DNA from: Thermobaculum sp.
Lineage (GTDB): Bacteria; Chloroflexota; Chloroflexia; Thermobaculales; Thermobaculaceae
NCBI GenBank assembly: GCA_016782125.1
Contig: JADDPA010000178.1
Coordinates: 42,547 to 106,546, forward strand
Length of the DNA stretch: 64,000 bases
Reading direction: 5' to 3'
Below, piece after piece: positions 28,754 to 36,551 of the stretch; position 1 is the stretch's first letter, and every line of letters starts with the position of its first letter. A program made the translations under genes and the position numbers. The notes beneath the pieces were generated by a model. That model was not told the origin of the DNA. It saw only the letters and a program-made list of their open reading frames with translations, and did no database searches.

Positions 28754-29329
28754 TCAAGTGTGCTGCTTGATACTCACCCAGTTCGCGAGTGGCACTGTGA
28801 TCGCCGCGCCGGAGTTGGCCCGCAGCACGACCTCACCGCGAAAAACGCTGATCTCTTCAACAGTCGCCTCGGTGCCCTGATAGGTGACGCGTTGCAGCAA
28901 CTGCGGCAACTCGACTTCCGGGATACGCTCCGACTGATCGCGGACAACCACTGGAATCCTCAATGTGCGCGCCAAGTCCACCGCCAGCCCAGCAACGGCC
29001 TCGTCATCTTTTGCCAGTAAGGCCAACCGCGACCCATCAGGGTGGACACGGCAGTCTGTCTGTGCGACCGAGTCGAGTTGCTGAAGGATCGTTCGGGCAG
29101 GTGCAAGCTCCCTTGCTTCCTCTTCGGTCAGTAATGAGAGGACCTTATAGCCGGGCAGCGGCACGAGTTCTGATGCCAATTGCGCGGAGCCGACAACCAC
29201 GCGCGCTGACCGATCACCCTCCGGGGTACGGAGCAGGCAGAGCGACCCAGAAACAAACTCGGCGTCTCCAGCATCGATCCATAGTACGGGCGATGATGGT
29301 GACAGGCGTACGCCTACGACGGCAGGCAC
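28754..29329 (-). CDS. PSP1/RicT (YaaT)-like protein, short form lacking the Cys-rich region
   Basis: N-terminus AVVGVRLSPSSPVLWIDAGD resembles the YaaT VVGVRF..YYFD segment. Conserved position immediately downstream of holB. 191 aa. Confidence 0.6.
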   Translation of the reverse strand: MPAVVGVRLSPSSPVLWIDAGDAEFVSGSLCLLRTPEGDRSARVVVGSAQLASELVPLPGYKVLSLLTEEEARELAPARTILQQLDSVAQTDCRVHPDGSRLALLAKDDEAVAGLAVDLARTLRIPVVVRDQSERIPEVELPQLLQRVTYQGTEATVEEISVFRGEVVLRANSGAAITVPLANWVSIKQHT

Positions 29330-29334
29330 AGTGG

Positions 29335-30381
29335 TCAGGGAAGATCCAGCAGCAGGGTTTCAATCGCCATTCTGGCGCTCACGTTCGCGTCGAGGTGTGA
29401 GATCGCCTCGAGTGTGCGCGTTGCCGCCCGCGCCGGGGTCTCGACACCATTGGCCGCGAGCTGGTCCACGGTGGATTCGTGCTGCGGGTACAGACCTACG
29501 GGCGCGTTGCCGATGACATGGAGCATCACATAGCGCCAGAAGCCGAGCCAGTCGTACAGCGTCGTGTATATCTCTGCCCGGTGGCCATCGGACCAGCGCT
29601 TGGCCATTTTTTCTGCGAGGCCCAACCGTGCCGTTGCACCGCCAGTGAGCGCCGCGACGAGTGCGTCCACGTGCGTATCATGCTCAACCAGTAATTTGGA
29701 ATCGGCCGCGGCCTGCAGTGCCCAACCGGGCCTTCCAAGCGAAAGGAGCGCGATCCGGGCCAAGGCTTCCTGTGGCAGGTCTGAGCTTGCCTGAAGCAGG
29801 CCCTCGATCTCCGTCGTAGATACAGGCTGCAGGCGGAGAAGCGTACAGCGAGAGCGGATCGTCTCGGGTAATCGCCGGTCTTCCGTGGCTAGCAACAATA
29901 TCGTGGCATACGATGGCGGCTCCTCCAACGTTTTTAGCAGGCCGTTCGCCGCTTCGTCCGTCAAGGCATCCGCGTCTTCTATGATGTACACTTTCCGGTC
30001 CGCTTCGAAGGGCAACAGGTCTATTTCGCGTACGATCTCGCGAATGGTATCGATACCCAGTTCCCGAGAGGCGGCGACTCGATCGGTGCTCGCTGCCTGG
30101 CGCGCGAGGCTGAAGGTCTGCACGTCCGGATGTGTGCCCTGTGCGATCCGTCTACAAGCTCCGCAAATGCCGCACGGCTCGGGCGGGTCAGATGTTGGTT
30201 CCTGACACAGCAGCAATGCGGCGAGCCACCGTGCGAGGGTGCTCTTACCGATCTGCGGTGGACCGCTGAACACGTATGCGTGGGGCAGCCGACCAGCCGT
30301 TATTGCTCGACGTAAGGCGGCGACTGTTCCAGGATTACCTGCGAACGCCGACGACTCTCTGGTCATTCCTCCAGCGGTCAC
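29335..30381 (-). CDS. holB: DNA polymerase III subunit delta prime
   Basis: 348-aa ORF. LPHAYVFSGPPQIGKSTLA Walker-like loop, zinc-module-like C..CG.C..C (CQEP..PEPCGICGACRR), SRC motif TIRSRC. Confidence 0.88.
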   Translation of the reverse strand: MTAGGMTRESSAFAGNPGTVAALRRAITAGRLPHAYVFSGPPQIGKSTLARWLAALLLCQEPTSDPPEPCGICGACRRIAQGTHPDVQTFSLARQAASTDRVAASRELGIDTIREIVREIDLLPFEADRKVYIIEDADALTDEAANGLLKTLEEPPSYATILLLATEDRRLPETIRSRCTLLRLQPVSTTEIEGLLQASSDLPQEALARIALLSLGRPGWALQAAADSKLLVEHDTHVDALVAALTGGATARLGLAEKMAKRWSDGHRAEIYTTLYDWLGFWRYVMLHVIGNAPVGLYPQHESTVDQLAANGVETPARAATRTLEAISHLDANVSARMAIETLLLDLP

Positions 30382-31124
30382 TTTTTGCGTGCTGGTGCCA
30401 CAGGGCTGGTTTCGGGGATCGGTGCGCTGAGGATCTGCTGAACGCTTCGGCGTGTGTCGTCGGAGAGCACCTCGTTCGGGGCGTTGCGCCGGCGGGCAGC
30501 CCAGCCTTCGAGCTGCGCCAGCGTAAGAGCGGTGACCTCGCAGTTGTCGAGGTCAAGAACGACGTTCGGTGCGAGGAACACGACCGCACCCGCGACAGGC
30601 ACATCGGAACAGCCTGCTGCATCGAGATACCTGCGGACGGTGTCCACGCCCTCCGTCACATCGCGTGTCGGATTGCCGAGTGGGGGGATTGGCCCGAAGA
30701 TGCGGCTGATGATGCCTGCCTTGCGGCGCCATTTTTCGCCCTTACAACTGATTTGGCCGGGATGATTGCGCGTAGCAAAGACTTGTACACCCTCGGGTCC
30801 CACAAGGACATTGTTCACGATCACCTTGTTCAGTGGGATGTACGCTCCAAACCAGTAGCGATTGTTCAGGTGCCGAAGTGCTTGTGCGATCCGCTCGTCC
30901 GCCTGAAACCCGGGCCCCCATTCGAACTGCAACTGCTTACTGAGGTTCGTAACCACGAATACCGCGAAGAAGATGGGTGGTAGAAACAGAGTCAAATCCT
31001 GATTAGAGGGAAACAGGAACCAGCTCGCAAACACGATAATGAGCAGTACAAAGCCAGCGATCGAGATGCGCCGCGTCATGCGCTTTCGACTCTGGACGTA
31101 CTCCTCGTTTCTCGCTAGCTGCAC
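30378..31124 (-). CDS. Membrane-anchored NERD-like domain protein
   Basis: Two N-terminal TM segments followed by a NERD-like pattern (ERIAQALRHL..., NNVLVGPEGVQVFATRNHPGQI, W..., NPTRDV). 4-nt overlap with holB. Confidence 0.55.
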   Translation of the reverse strand: MQLARNEEYVQSRKRMTRRISIAGFVLLIIVFASWFLFPSNQDLTLFLPPIFFAVFVVTNLSKQLQFEWGPGFQADERIAQALRHLNNRYWFGAYIPLNKVIVNNVLVGPEGVQVFATRNHPGQISCKGEKWRRKAGIISRIFGPIPPLGNPTRDVTEGVDTVRRYLDAAGCSDVPVAGAVVFLAPNVVLDLDNCEVTALTLAQLEGWAARRRNAPNEVLSDDTRRSVQQILSAPIPETSPVAPARKK

Positions 31125-31127
31125 GGC

Positions 31128-32579
31128 CTAACCTTGGTACTCGCGAAACAGCAACACGGCGTTCTGACCGCCGAAACCGGAGCCGTTCGACATCGCCACT
31201 CGAACGTCCGCCTTACGCGCCTCGTTGGGCACGCAATCGAGATCGCAGGCCGGATCGGGATTCTCGTAGTTGATCGTGGGTGGGATGATATCGGTATGGA
31301 TTGCCATCACACTGGCAACTGCCTCGACCGCGTTGGCGGCACCGAGCAAGTGGCCGGTCATCGACTTCGTCGAGCTCACGGGCAGCTGCTCCGCATACTC
31401 ACCGAACACATGTTTGATTGCCTCGGTCTCCGCCACATCGCCGAGCTGCGTGCTTGTCGCGTGGGCATTGACGTAGTCTACCTCCAGCGGCTGAATGCCC
31501 GCCGTCCTGAGCGCGCGCTGCATCGCCCGCACCAGGCCCGCACCCTGCGGCTGCGGCATGACGGAGTGGTACGCGTCAGAACTCGCACCGTAGCCTACGA
31601 CCTCCGCGTAGATCGTCGCCTCACGCTCGAGGGCGTGGCTCAGCGATTCGAGTACGAGGATCGCCGACCCCTCGGCCGGCACGAAGCCGTCCCGATCCTT
31701 GTCGTACGGCCGGCTCGCCTGGGTGGGCTCGTCATTCCGGGTGCTAAGCGCCCGCATAACGCAGAACGCCGCCAGACCCAACTGGCAGATCGGCGCTTCC
31801 GTGCCACCGGCGAGCATAACCTCAGCGTCTCCACGGCGAATGACCTCGTACGCTTCCCCGATTGCCTGGTTCCCGGCCGCACACGCCGTTACGACGGTGT
31901 TATTGTGCCCGCCAAGCTTGAGGTGCATGGCGACCTGTCCGGCGGGCATGTTCGGCAGCGCGATAGGTGCGAAGAACGGACTGATCCGCATCGGTCCGCG
32001 CTCCATTAGCGTGCGCATTGCGGCCTCCGTGTCCGGGAAGCTTGATGTCCCCGTCCCGAGGACGACGCCCGCATCATCGTTGTCCTCCCCGAGTCGGAGG
32101 TTCGCGTCCTTCACCGCCTGCAGCGCCGCGGTCACCGCGAACTGGCCCGCGCGAGACATCCGCTGTGCAGCCTTTCGATCGAGATGTTGGGCCGGGTCCC
32201 AGCCCTTTACCTCGCCGGCGATCCGAGTCGGATAGCCGGTTACATCGCAGAGAGTGATGGTCGTGATTCCAGACGTTCCAGATGTGAGCGCACCCCAGAA
32301 CTCGTCCACGCCAACACCGACCGAGGAGACCACGCCCATTCCGGTGATCACCACGCGATTGTTCAGTTGTTCGGGCGTTACGCGCACACGCTGCGTCTGG
32401 GTGTCTGGCGCGTCGACCATCATATCGGAGGCGATCTGATGGATCTCCGCATCGACCCTACGCGTCGATGCGTTCTCTTCATGTACGATCCCGGTTCCCG
32501 GCTCGAGGACGATATCGTCGTGCCGCTGTTGTCCGGTACTTGCGGGGGTACTGCGGTCTCTGACCTGTCGCCTGTTCAT
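31128..32579 (-). CDS. fabF: Beta-ketoacyl-ACP synthase II with ~70-aa N-terminal extension
   Basis: Core RVVITGMGVVSSVG, active-site TACAAG Cys, NAHATST and GHLLGAAN His motifs. ATGA overlap with the gcvPB stop supports the long start; an internal Met start cannot be excluded. Confidence 0.88.
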   Translation of the reverse strand: MNRRQVRDRSTPASTGQQRHDDIVLEPGTGIVHEENASTRRVDAEIHQIASDMMVDAPDTQTQRVRVTPEQLNNRVVITGMGVVSSVGVGVDEFWGALTSGTSGITTITLCDVTGYPTRIAGEVKGWDPAQHLDRKAAQRMSRAGQFAVTAALQAVKDANLRLGEDNDDAGVVLGTGTSSFPDTEAAMRTLMERGPMRISPFFAPIALPNMPAGQVAMHLKLGGHNNTVVTACAAGNQAIGEAYEVIRRGDAEVMLAGGTEAPICQLGLAAFCVMRALSTRNDEPTQASRPYDKDRDGFVPAEGSAILVLESLSHALEREATIYAEVVGYGASSDAYHSVMPQPQGAGLVRAMQRALRTAGIQPLEVDYVNAHATSTQLGDVAETEAIKHVFGEYAEQLPVSSTKSMTGHLLGAANAVEAVASVMAIHTDIIPPTINYENPDPACDLDCVPNEARKADVRVAMSNGSGFGGQNAVLLFREYQG

Positions 32580-34045
32580 TTGTTCTCCTGTACGACGCGC
32601 TGCTCGCGCACATACGCGAGGTCGGGCCGCCTCGCAGCGGTTGTTTCATCGAGCCTGCGCAGGTGGGTCTCGTTTGGCGCACTCTTGATCCTACCCGGGG
32701 CAGTCTCCGCCTCGTGTGCGATGGTGCGCATTGCCTCGGCGAATTCGTCCAGAGTCTGCTTGCTCTCACTCTCCGTTGGCTCGATCAGCATCGACTCTTC
32801 GACGATAAGCGGGAAGTAGATCGTCGGCGGATGGAATCCGAAGTCCATGATCCGCTTCGCCATATCGACGGTCCGTACGCCGTGGCGCTTCTGCTTACTG
32901 CCTGAAAGGACGAACTCGTGCATGCACGGGCGGTCGTAGCGTAACTCGTAATCTGCTTTGAGGAGAGATCCGAGGTAGTTGGCGTTGAGCACCGCGTGAA
33001 CACTATTCGCGCGCAAGCCATCCGCACCGTGATGACGCATATACGTGTAGGCGCGGGCGAGCACCGCATAGTTCCCCCAGAGCGATCGAACCTTTCCAAT
33101 GGTTCTCTTGGGCGTGTCGAACGCGTAGTGTGTTCCGTCCTCGGTCGGCTCCGCGCGGATCACCGGATCAGGCAAATACGGGGCAAGGAAGTCTCGGACC
33201 GCGATGGGACCGGCACCCGGCCCACCACCGCCATGCGGCGTCGAGAAGGTCTTGTGGAGATTGAAGTGCAGTACGTCAAATCCCAGGTCGCCCGGCGTCG
33301 CGATGCCGGTCATCGCATTCATGTTTGCCCCATCCCCATACATGAGCCCCCCGGCGTCATGCACGATGCGGCAGACCTCCTCGATATTCTCGTCAAAAAG
33401 GCCGAGAGTGTTCGGGTTCGTGAGCATCATGCCTGCGGTCTCGTGGTCTACGAGGCTCTTGAGTGCATCCAGATCCACGTTTCCGCGTGCGTCGCTCTGC
33501 ACGGTTCGAACCGTGTAGCCAGCCATTGCAGCAGTCGCGGGATTCGTTCCGTGTGCCGAGTCCGCCACAATCACGGTCTGGCGCTGCACGTCGCCACGAT
33601 GCTCGTGATGCGCTCGGATGACGAGCATCCCCGTCAGTTCGCCGTGTGCTCCGGCGGCGGGCAGGAGGGACACCGCATCGAGACCCCCCACTTGCGCAAG
33701 GATGCTTTGGAGGTCGTACATCACTTGCAGTGCGCCCTGGACTTCCGTGCCGGGTGTGTAGGGGTGGACCCGCCGCACGCCGCGCAGGGACGCTACTTCC
33801 TCGTTCACCTTCGGGTTGTACTTCATCGTGCACGAGCCGAGCGGGTAGAAGGCGGTGTCGATCGCGCGGTTCTCTTGTGAGAGTCGCGTGTAGTGCCGAA
33901 CGACCTCGAACTCGCTTACTTCCGGCAGCTCAAGATCTTCTCGTTGGAGCGCCGGATCAAGTGTGACCTCGGGTGTACTGGCGTCGGGCAGGCTATATCC
34001 ACGTCTTCCGGGCGAGCTTCGCTGGAATATCAACGGCTCGGGCAT
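32576..34045 (-). CDS. gcvPB: Glycine dehydrogenase (decarboxylating) subunit 2
   Basis: 489-aa ORF with PLP site HFNLHKTFSTPHGGGGPG and YPLGSCTMKYNPK. Confidence 0.95.
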   Translation of the reverse strand: MPEPLIFQRSSPGRRGYSLPDASTPEVTLDPALQREDLELPEVSEFEVVRHYTRLSQENRAIDTAFYPLGSCTMKYNPKVNEEVASLRGVRRVHPYTPGTEVQGALQVMYDLQSILAQVGGLDAVSLLPAAGAHGELTGMLVIRAHHEHRGDVQRQTVIVADSAHGTNPATAAMAGYTVRTVQSDARGNVDLDALKSLVDHETAGMMLTNPNTLGLFDENIEEVCRIVHDAGGLMYGDGANMNAMTGIATPGDLGFDVLHFNLHKTFSTPHGGGGPGAGPIAVRDFLAPYLPDPVIRAEPTEDGTHYAFDTPKRTIGKVRSLWGNYAVLARAYTYMRHHGADGLRANSVHAVLNANYLGSLLKADYELRYDRPCMHEFVLSGSKQKRHGVRTVDMAKRIMDFGFHPPTIYFPLIVEESMLIEPTESESKQTLDEFAEAMRTIAHEAETAPGRIKSAPNETHLRRLDETTAARRPDLAYVREQRVVQENK

Positions 34046-34090
34046 CTCACCTGCTTTCTTTCAGCAAATGACGCTGTGCGATGGCCGTCG

Positions 34091-34099
34091 ATTATATCA
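34091..34099 (-). promoter_or_regulatory. Extended -10 element (TGaTATAAT on the minus strand) for the gcvPB-fabF string
   Basis: Reverse complement reads TGATATAAT, about 45 nt upstream of gcvPB ATG 34045, which has an AGGTGAG SD. Confidence 0.4.
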
Positions 34100-34118
34100 T
34101 GTCACCTTGGTTCCCCCG

Positions 34119-34148
34119 TTGGACACGGCAGGCGTCCGGAGCTACACT
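34119..34148 (+). promoter_or_regulatory. mutS2 promoter (TTGGAC-18 nt-TACACT), near-leaderless
   Basis: -35 at 34119-34124, -10 at 34143-34148, ATG at 34160 only 11 nt after the -10. No SD. Confidence 0.45.
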
Positions 34149-34159
34149 AGTGCCGCATC

Positions 34160-36532
34160 ATGAACGAGAAAAGCCTGCGAACTCTGGAGTTTCCAAAGGT
34201 GATCGCTGCGCTGAGCGCGCACACCTCGTTCAGCGCCAGCCATGACCTCGCCACGGATCTGACTCCCATCGCTCAGCATGTGGCGGTCCTTCGTGCTCAG
34301 GCGGAAACCTCCGAAGCCCGGCGTATCTTGGAGCTCCGACCCGAGATCACCACGGCGGGCGCGCGCGATGTTCGACCATCGGTGGCCAGGGCGGAACTGG
34401 GGGGCATTGTCGAACCGGCGGAACTCCTCGTTATCGCCGCGACGCTCTCTGCTGCCCGTGGGATGCGCAGGATTATCCTCAAGCTTCGTGAGGTCGGGCA
34501 CGAGCTACCGGCAATCGCCGCAATGGCAGCGCGCCTCCATGATGTTCCAGAGCTGGAGAACCGAATTCACAGTTCGATCAGCGAGCGCGGCGACGTGCTT
34601 GACTCAGCGAGTCCGGCGCTGGGACGCATACGGTCGGAGATGCGTACGGCTCACGACCGGCTGCTTCAGTACCTCCGCAGCATCCTGAACTCCGGGACGT
34701 ATGCGCAGGCGATTCAGGAGCCGATCATCACGATGCGCGAAGGGCGGTACGTGATCCCGGTGAAGTCCGATTTTCGGACGCGCCTTCCCGGAATCGTGCA
34801 CGACACTTCGGGTAGTGGGGCGACCCTCTTTGTCGAGCCGCTCGGCTCCGTAGACGCTGGAAATCGCTGGAGGGAGTTGCAGGGTCGGGAAGCCGAGGAG
34901 GTGGAGCGTGTCCTGCTCGAGCTTGCCGGGCAGATTGCGGACGTCGGTCCCGCCGTCCGGGAGACGGTGAGCGCGCTTGCCAGTATTGACTTCGCACTCG
35001 CGAAGGCCCGTTATGCGAATGCGCTGCGTGCGACACCGCCCGAGATGGTTTCGTTGCCGGACCTGCCGCGGAACGAGCCAGCGATCCGACTGCCCCAGGC
35101 TCGCCATCCCTTGCTCCGTGGGCGGGTCGTGCCCACGACGGTGGAGCTCGGCGGACCATATCGCGTGCTGGTCATCACGGGCCCGAATACAGGGGGGAAG
35201 ACCGTTGCACTCAAGACGGTCGGTCTGCTGGTGCTCATGGCCCAGAGTGGGCTGCACGTGCCGGCACTTCCCGGCGCGCGTCTACCGGTGCTTCGTCACG
35301 TATATGCGGATATCGGCGACGAGCAAAGCATCGAGCAAAGCCTCTCCACGTTCTCCTCGCATATCAGCAACATCGTGGGCATGCTCAAGGAAGCCGCACC
35401 GGACTCGCTCATCTTGCTTGATGAACTCGGTGCGGGCACTGATCCCGAAGAGGGGAGTGCACTCGCACGGGCGATCATCGACTATCTCCTGGATCGCGGA
35501 TGCCTGGCGGTCGGAACGACACACTACACGGAACTGAAAAGCTATGCCCATACCACGCCCGGCGTGCGCAATGCTTCCGTGGAGTTCGACGAGGAGACGC
35601 TTTCCCCGACCTATCGGCTCATCGTCGGGCTGCCGGGCCGCAGTAATGCACTGTCTATTGCTCGTCGCCTCGGGATGCCGGAGGAGATAATCGCAAACGC
35701 GCACGAGCGAGTGCGCCCGGAGAGTCGCGAGCTTAACGATCTGCTCCAGCAGATTCAGGATGAGCGGGATGCGGCGAGTACAAGGCGTGCGCTGGTCGAT
35801 CGCGAGCGGGACGACGCGCGCAGACTGGTGGAGCAGGCCGGGCGGGAGTTGCAGGAGGCGGAGCGGACGCGGGCACGAGCAGCGGACGACGGACGGCGAG
35901 AGGCCGAAGCGGAGCTCGAGGAGTTCCGCAAGGAGCTCGCAACTCTCCGCCGTGAGTTGCAGCGCGCACCGTCGGAGCCCGCGTCGACGCAGTCGGTGCA
36001 AGCGACCGAGGGACGGCTCCGCGAGCTAACGCGTCGCAGCCCGCGGCCGCGACATATCCCGAAAGCTACTCCCCATACTGTGTCCCCCGGAGATACCGTG
36101 CTCGTGCTCGAGCTTGGATCGACGGGGAAGGTATTGAGCGTGCAAGACGGGACCGCAGAGGTCCAGCTCGGTAGTCTCAAGTCGCGGCTGCCGCTTCGCG
36201 ACCTGCAGTTACAGGCGCCAGCGGCCGAGAGGACGGAGCCGACCGGCCGAAGTCGGTACAACCTCGAACCTACCCGTTCAGCTCCTTCGATGGAGTTGGA
36301 TCTGCGCGGGAAGCGCGCCGAGGAAGTGACCCGCGAGCTCGACCGGTACATCGACGACGCGTATCTGGCGGGAATGCCCCTCGTGCGAATCATCCACGGC
36401 AAGGGGACCGGTGCGCTGCGCCAGGTCGTGCGCGAGTTCCTGCGCCAGCACCCGCTCGTAGCGTCCATGCAGGGCGGTGGCGATGCTCAGGGCGGCGAGG
36501 GTGTCACGGTCGCGACGCTGGCAAGTAGCTAA
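34160..36532 (+). CDS. mutS2: Endonuclease MutS2 (MutS domain V ATPase plus C-terminal Smr)
   Basis: 790-aa ORF. Walker A ITGPNTGGKT. C-terminal Smr domain LDLRGKRAEEV...IIHGKGTGALR. Confidence 0.95.
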   Translation: MNEKSLRTLEFPKVIAALSAHTSFSASHDLATDLTPIAQHVAVLRAQAETSEARRILELRPEITTAGARDVRPSVARAELGGIVEPAELLVIAATLSAARGMRRIILKLREVGHELPAIAAMAARLHDVPELENRIHSSISERGDVLDSASPALGRIRSEMRTAHDRLLQYLRSILNSGTYAQAIQEPIITMREGRYVIPVKSDFRTRLPGIVHDTSGSGATLFVEPLGSVDAGNRWRELQGREAEEVERVLLELAGQIADVGPAVRETVSALASIDFALAKARYANALRATPPEMVSLPDLPRNEPAIRLPQARHPLLRGRVVPTTVELGGPYRVLVITGPNTGGKTVALKTVGLLVLMAQSGLHVPALPGARLPVLRHVYADIGDEQSIEQSLSTFSSHISNIVGMLKEAAPDSLILLDELGAGTDPEEGSALARAIIDYLLDRGCLAVGTTHYTELKSYAHTTPGVRNASVEFDEETLSPTYRLIVGLPGRSNALSIARRLGMPEEIIANAHERVRPESRELNDLLQQIQDERDAASTRRALVDRERDDARRLVEQAGRELQEAERTRARAADDGRREAEAELEEFRKELATLRRELQRAPSEPASTQSVQATEGRLRELTRRSPRPRHIPKATPHTVSPGDTVLVLELGSTGKVLSVQDGTAEVQLGSLKSRLPLRDLQLQAPAAERTEPTGRSRYNLEPTRSAPSMELDLRGKRAEEVTRELDRYIDDAYLAGMPLVRIIHGKGTGALRQVVREFLRQHPLVASMQGGGDAQGGEGVTVATLASS

Positions 36533-36551
36533 CAGGTATCCTCGGACGAGC

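Noticed and set aside
34046-34159. A glycine riboswitch upstream of gcvPB.
   Set aside because: Only 114 nt are shared with the divergent mutS2 promoter, and no GGAGAG...CACCG-type aptamer cores are visible.
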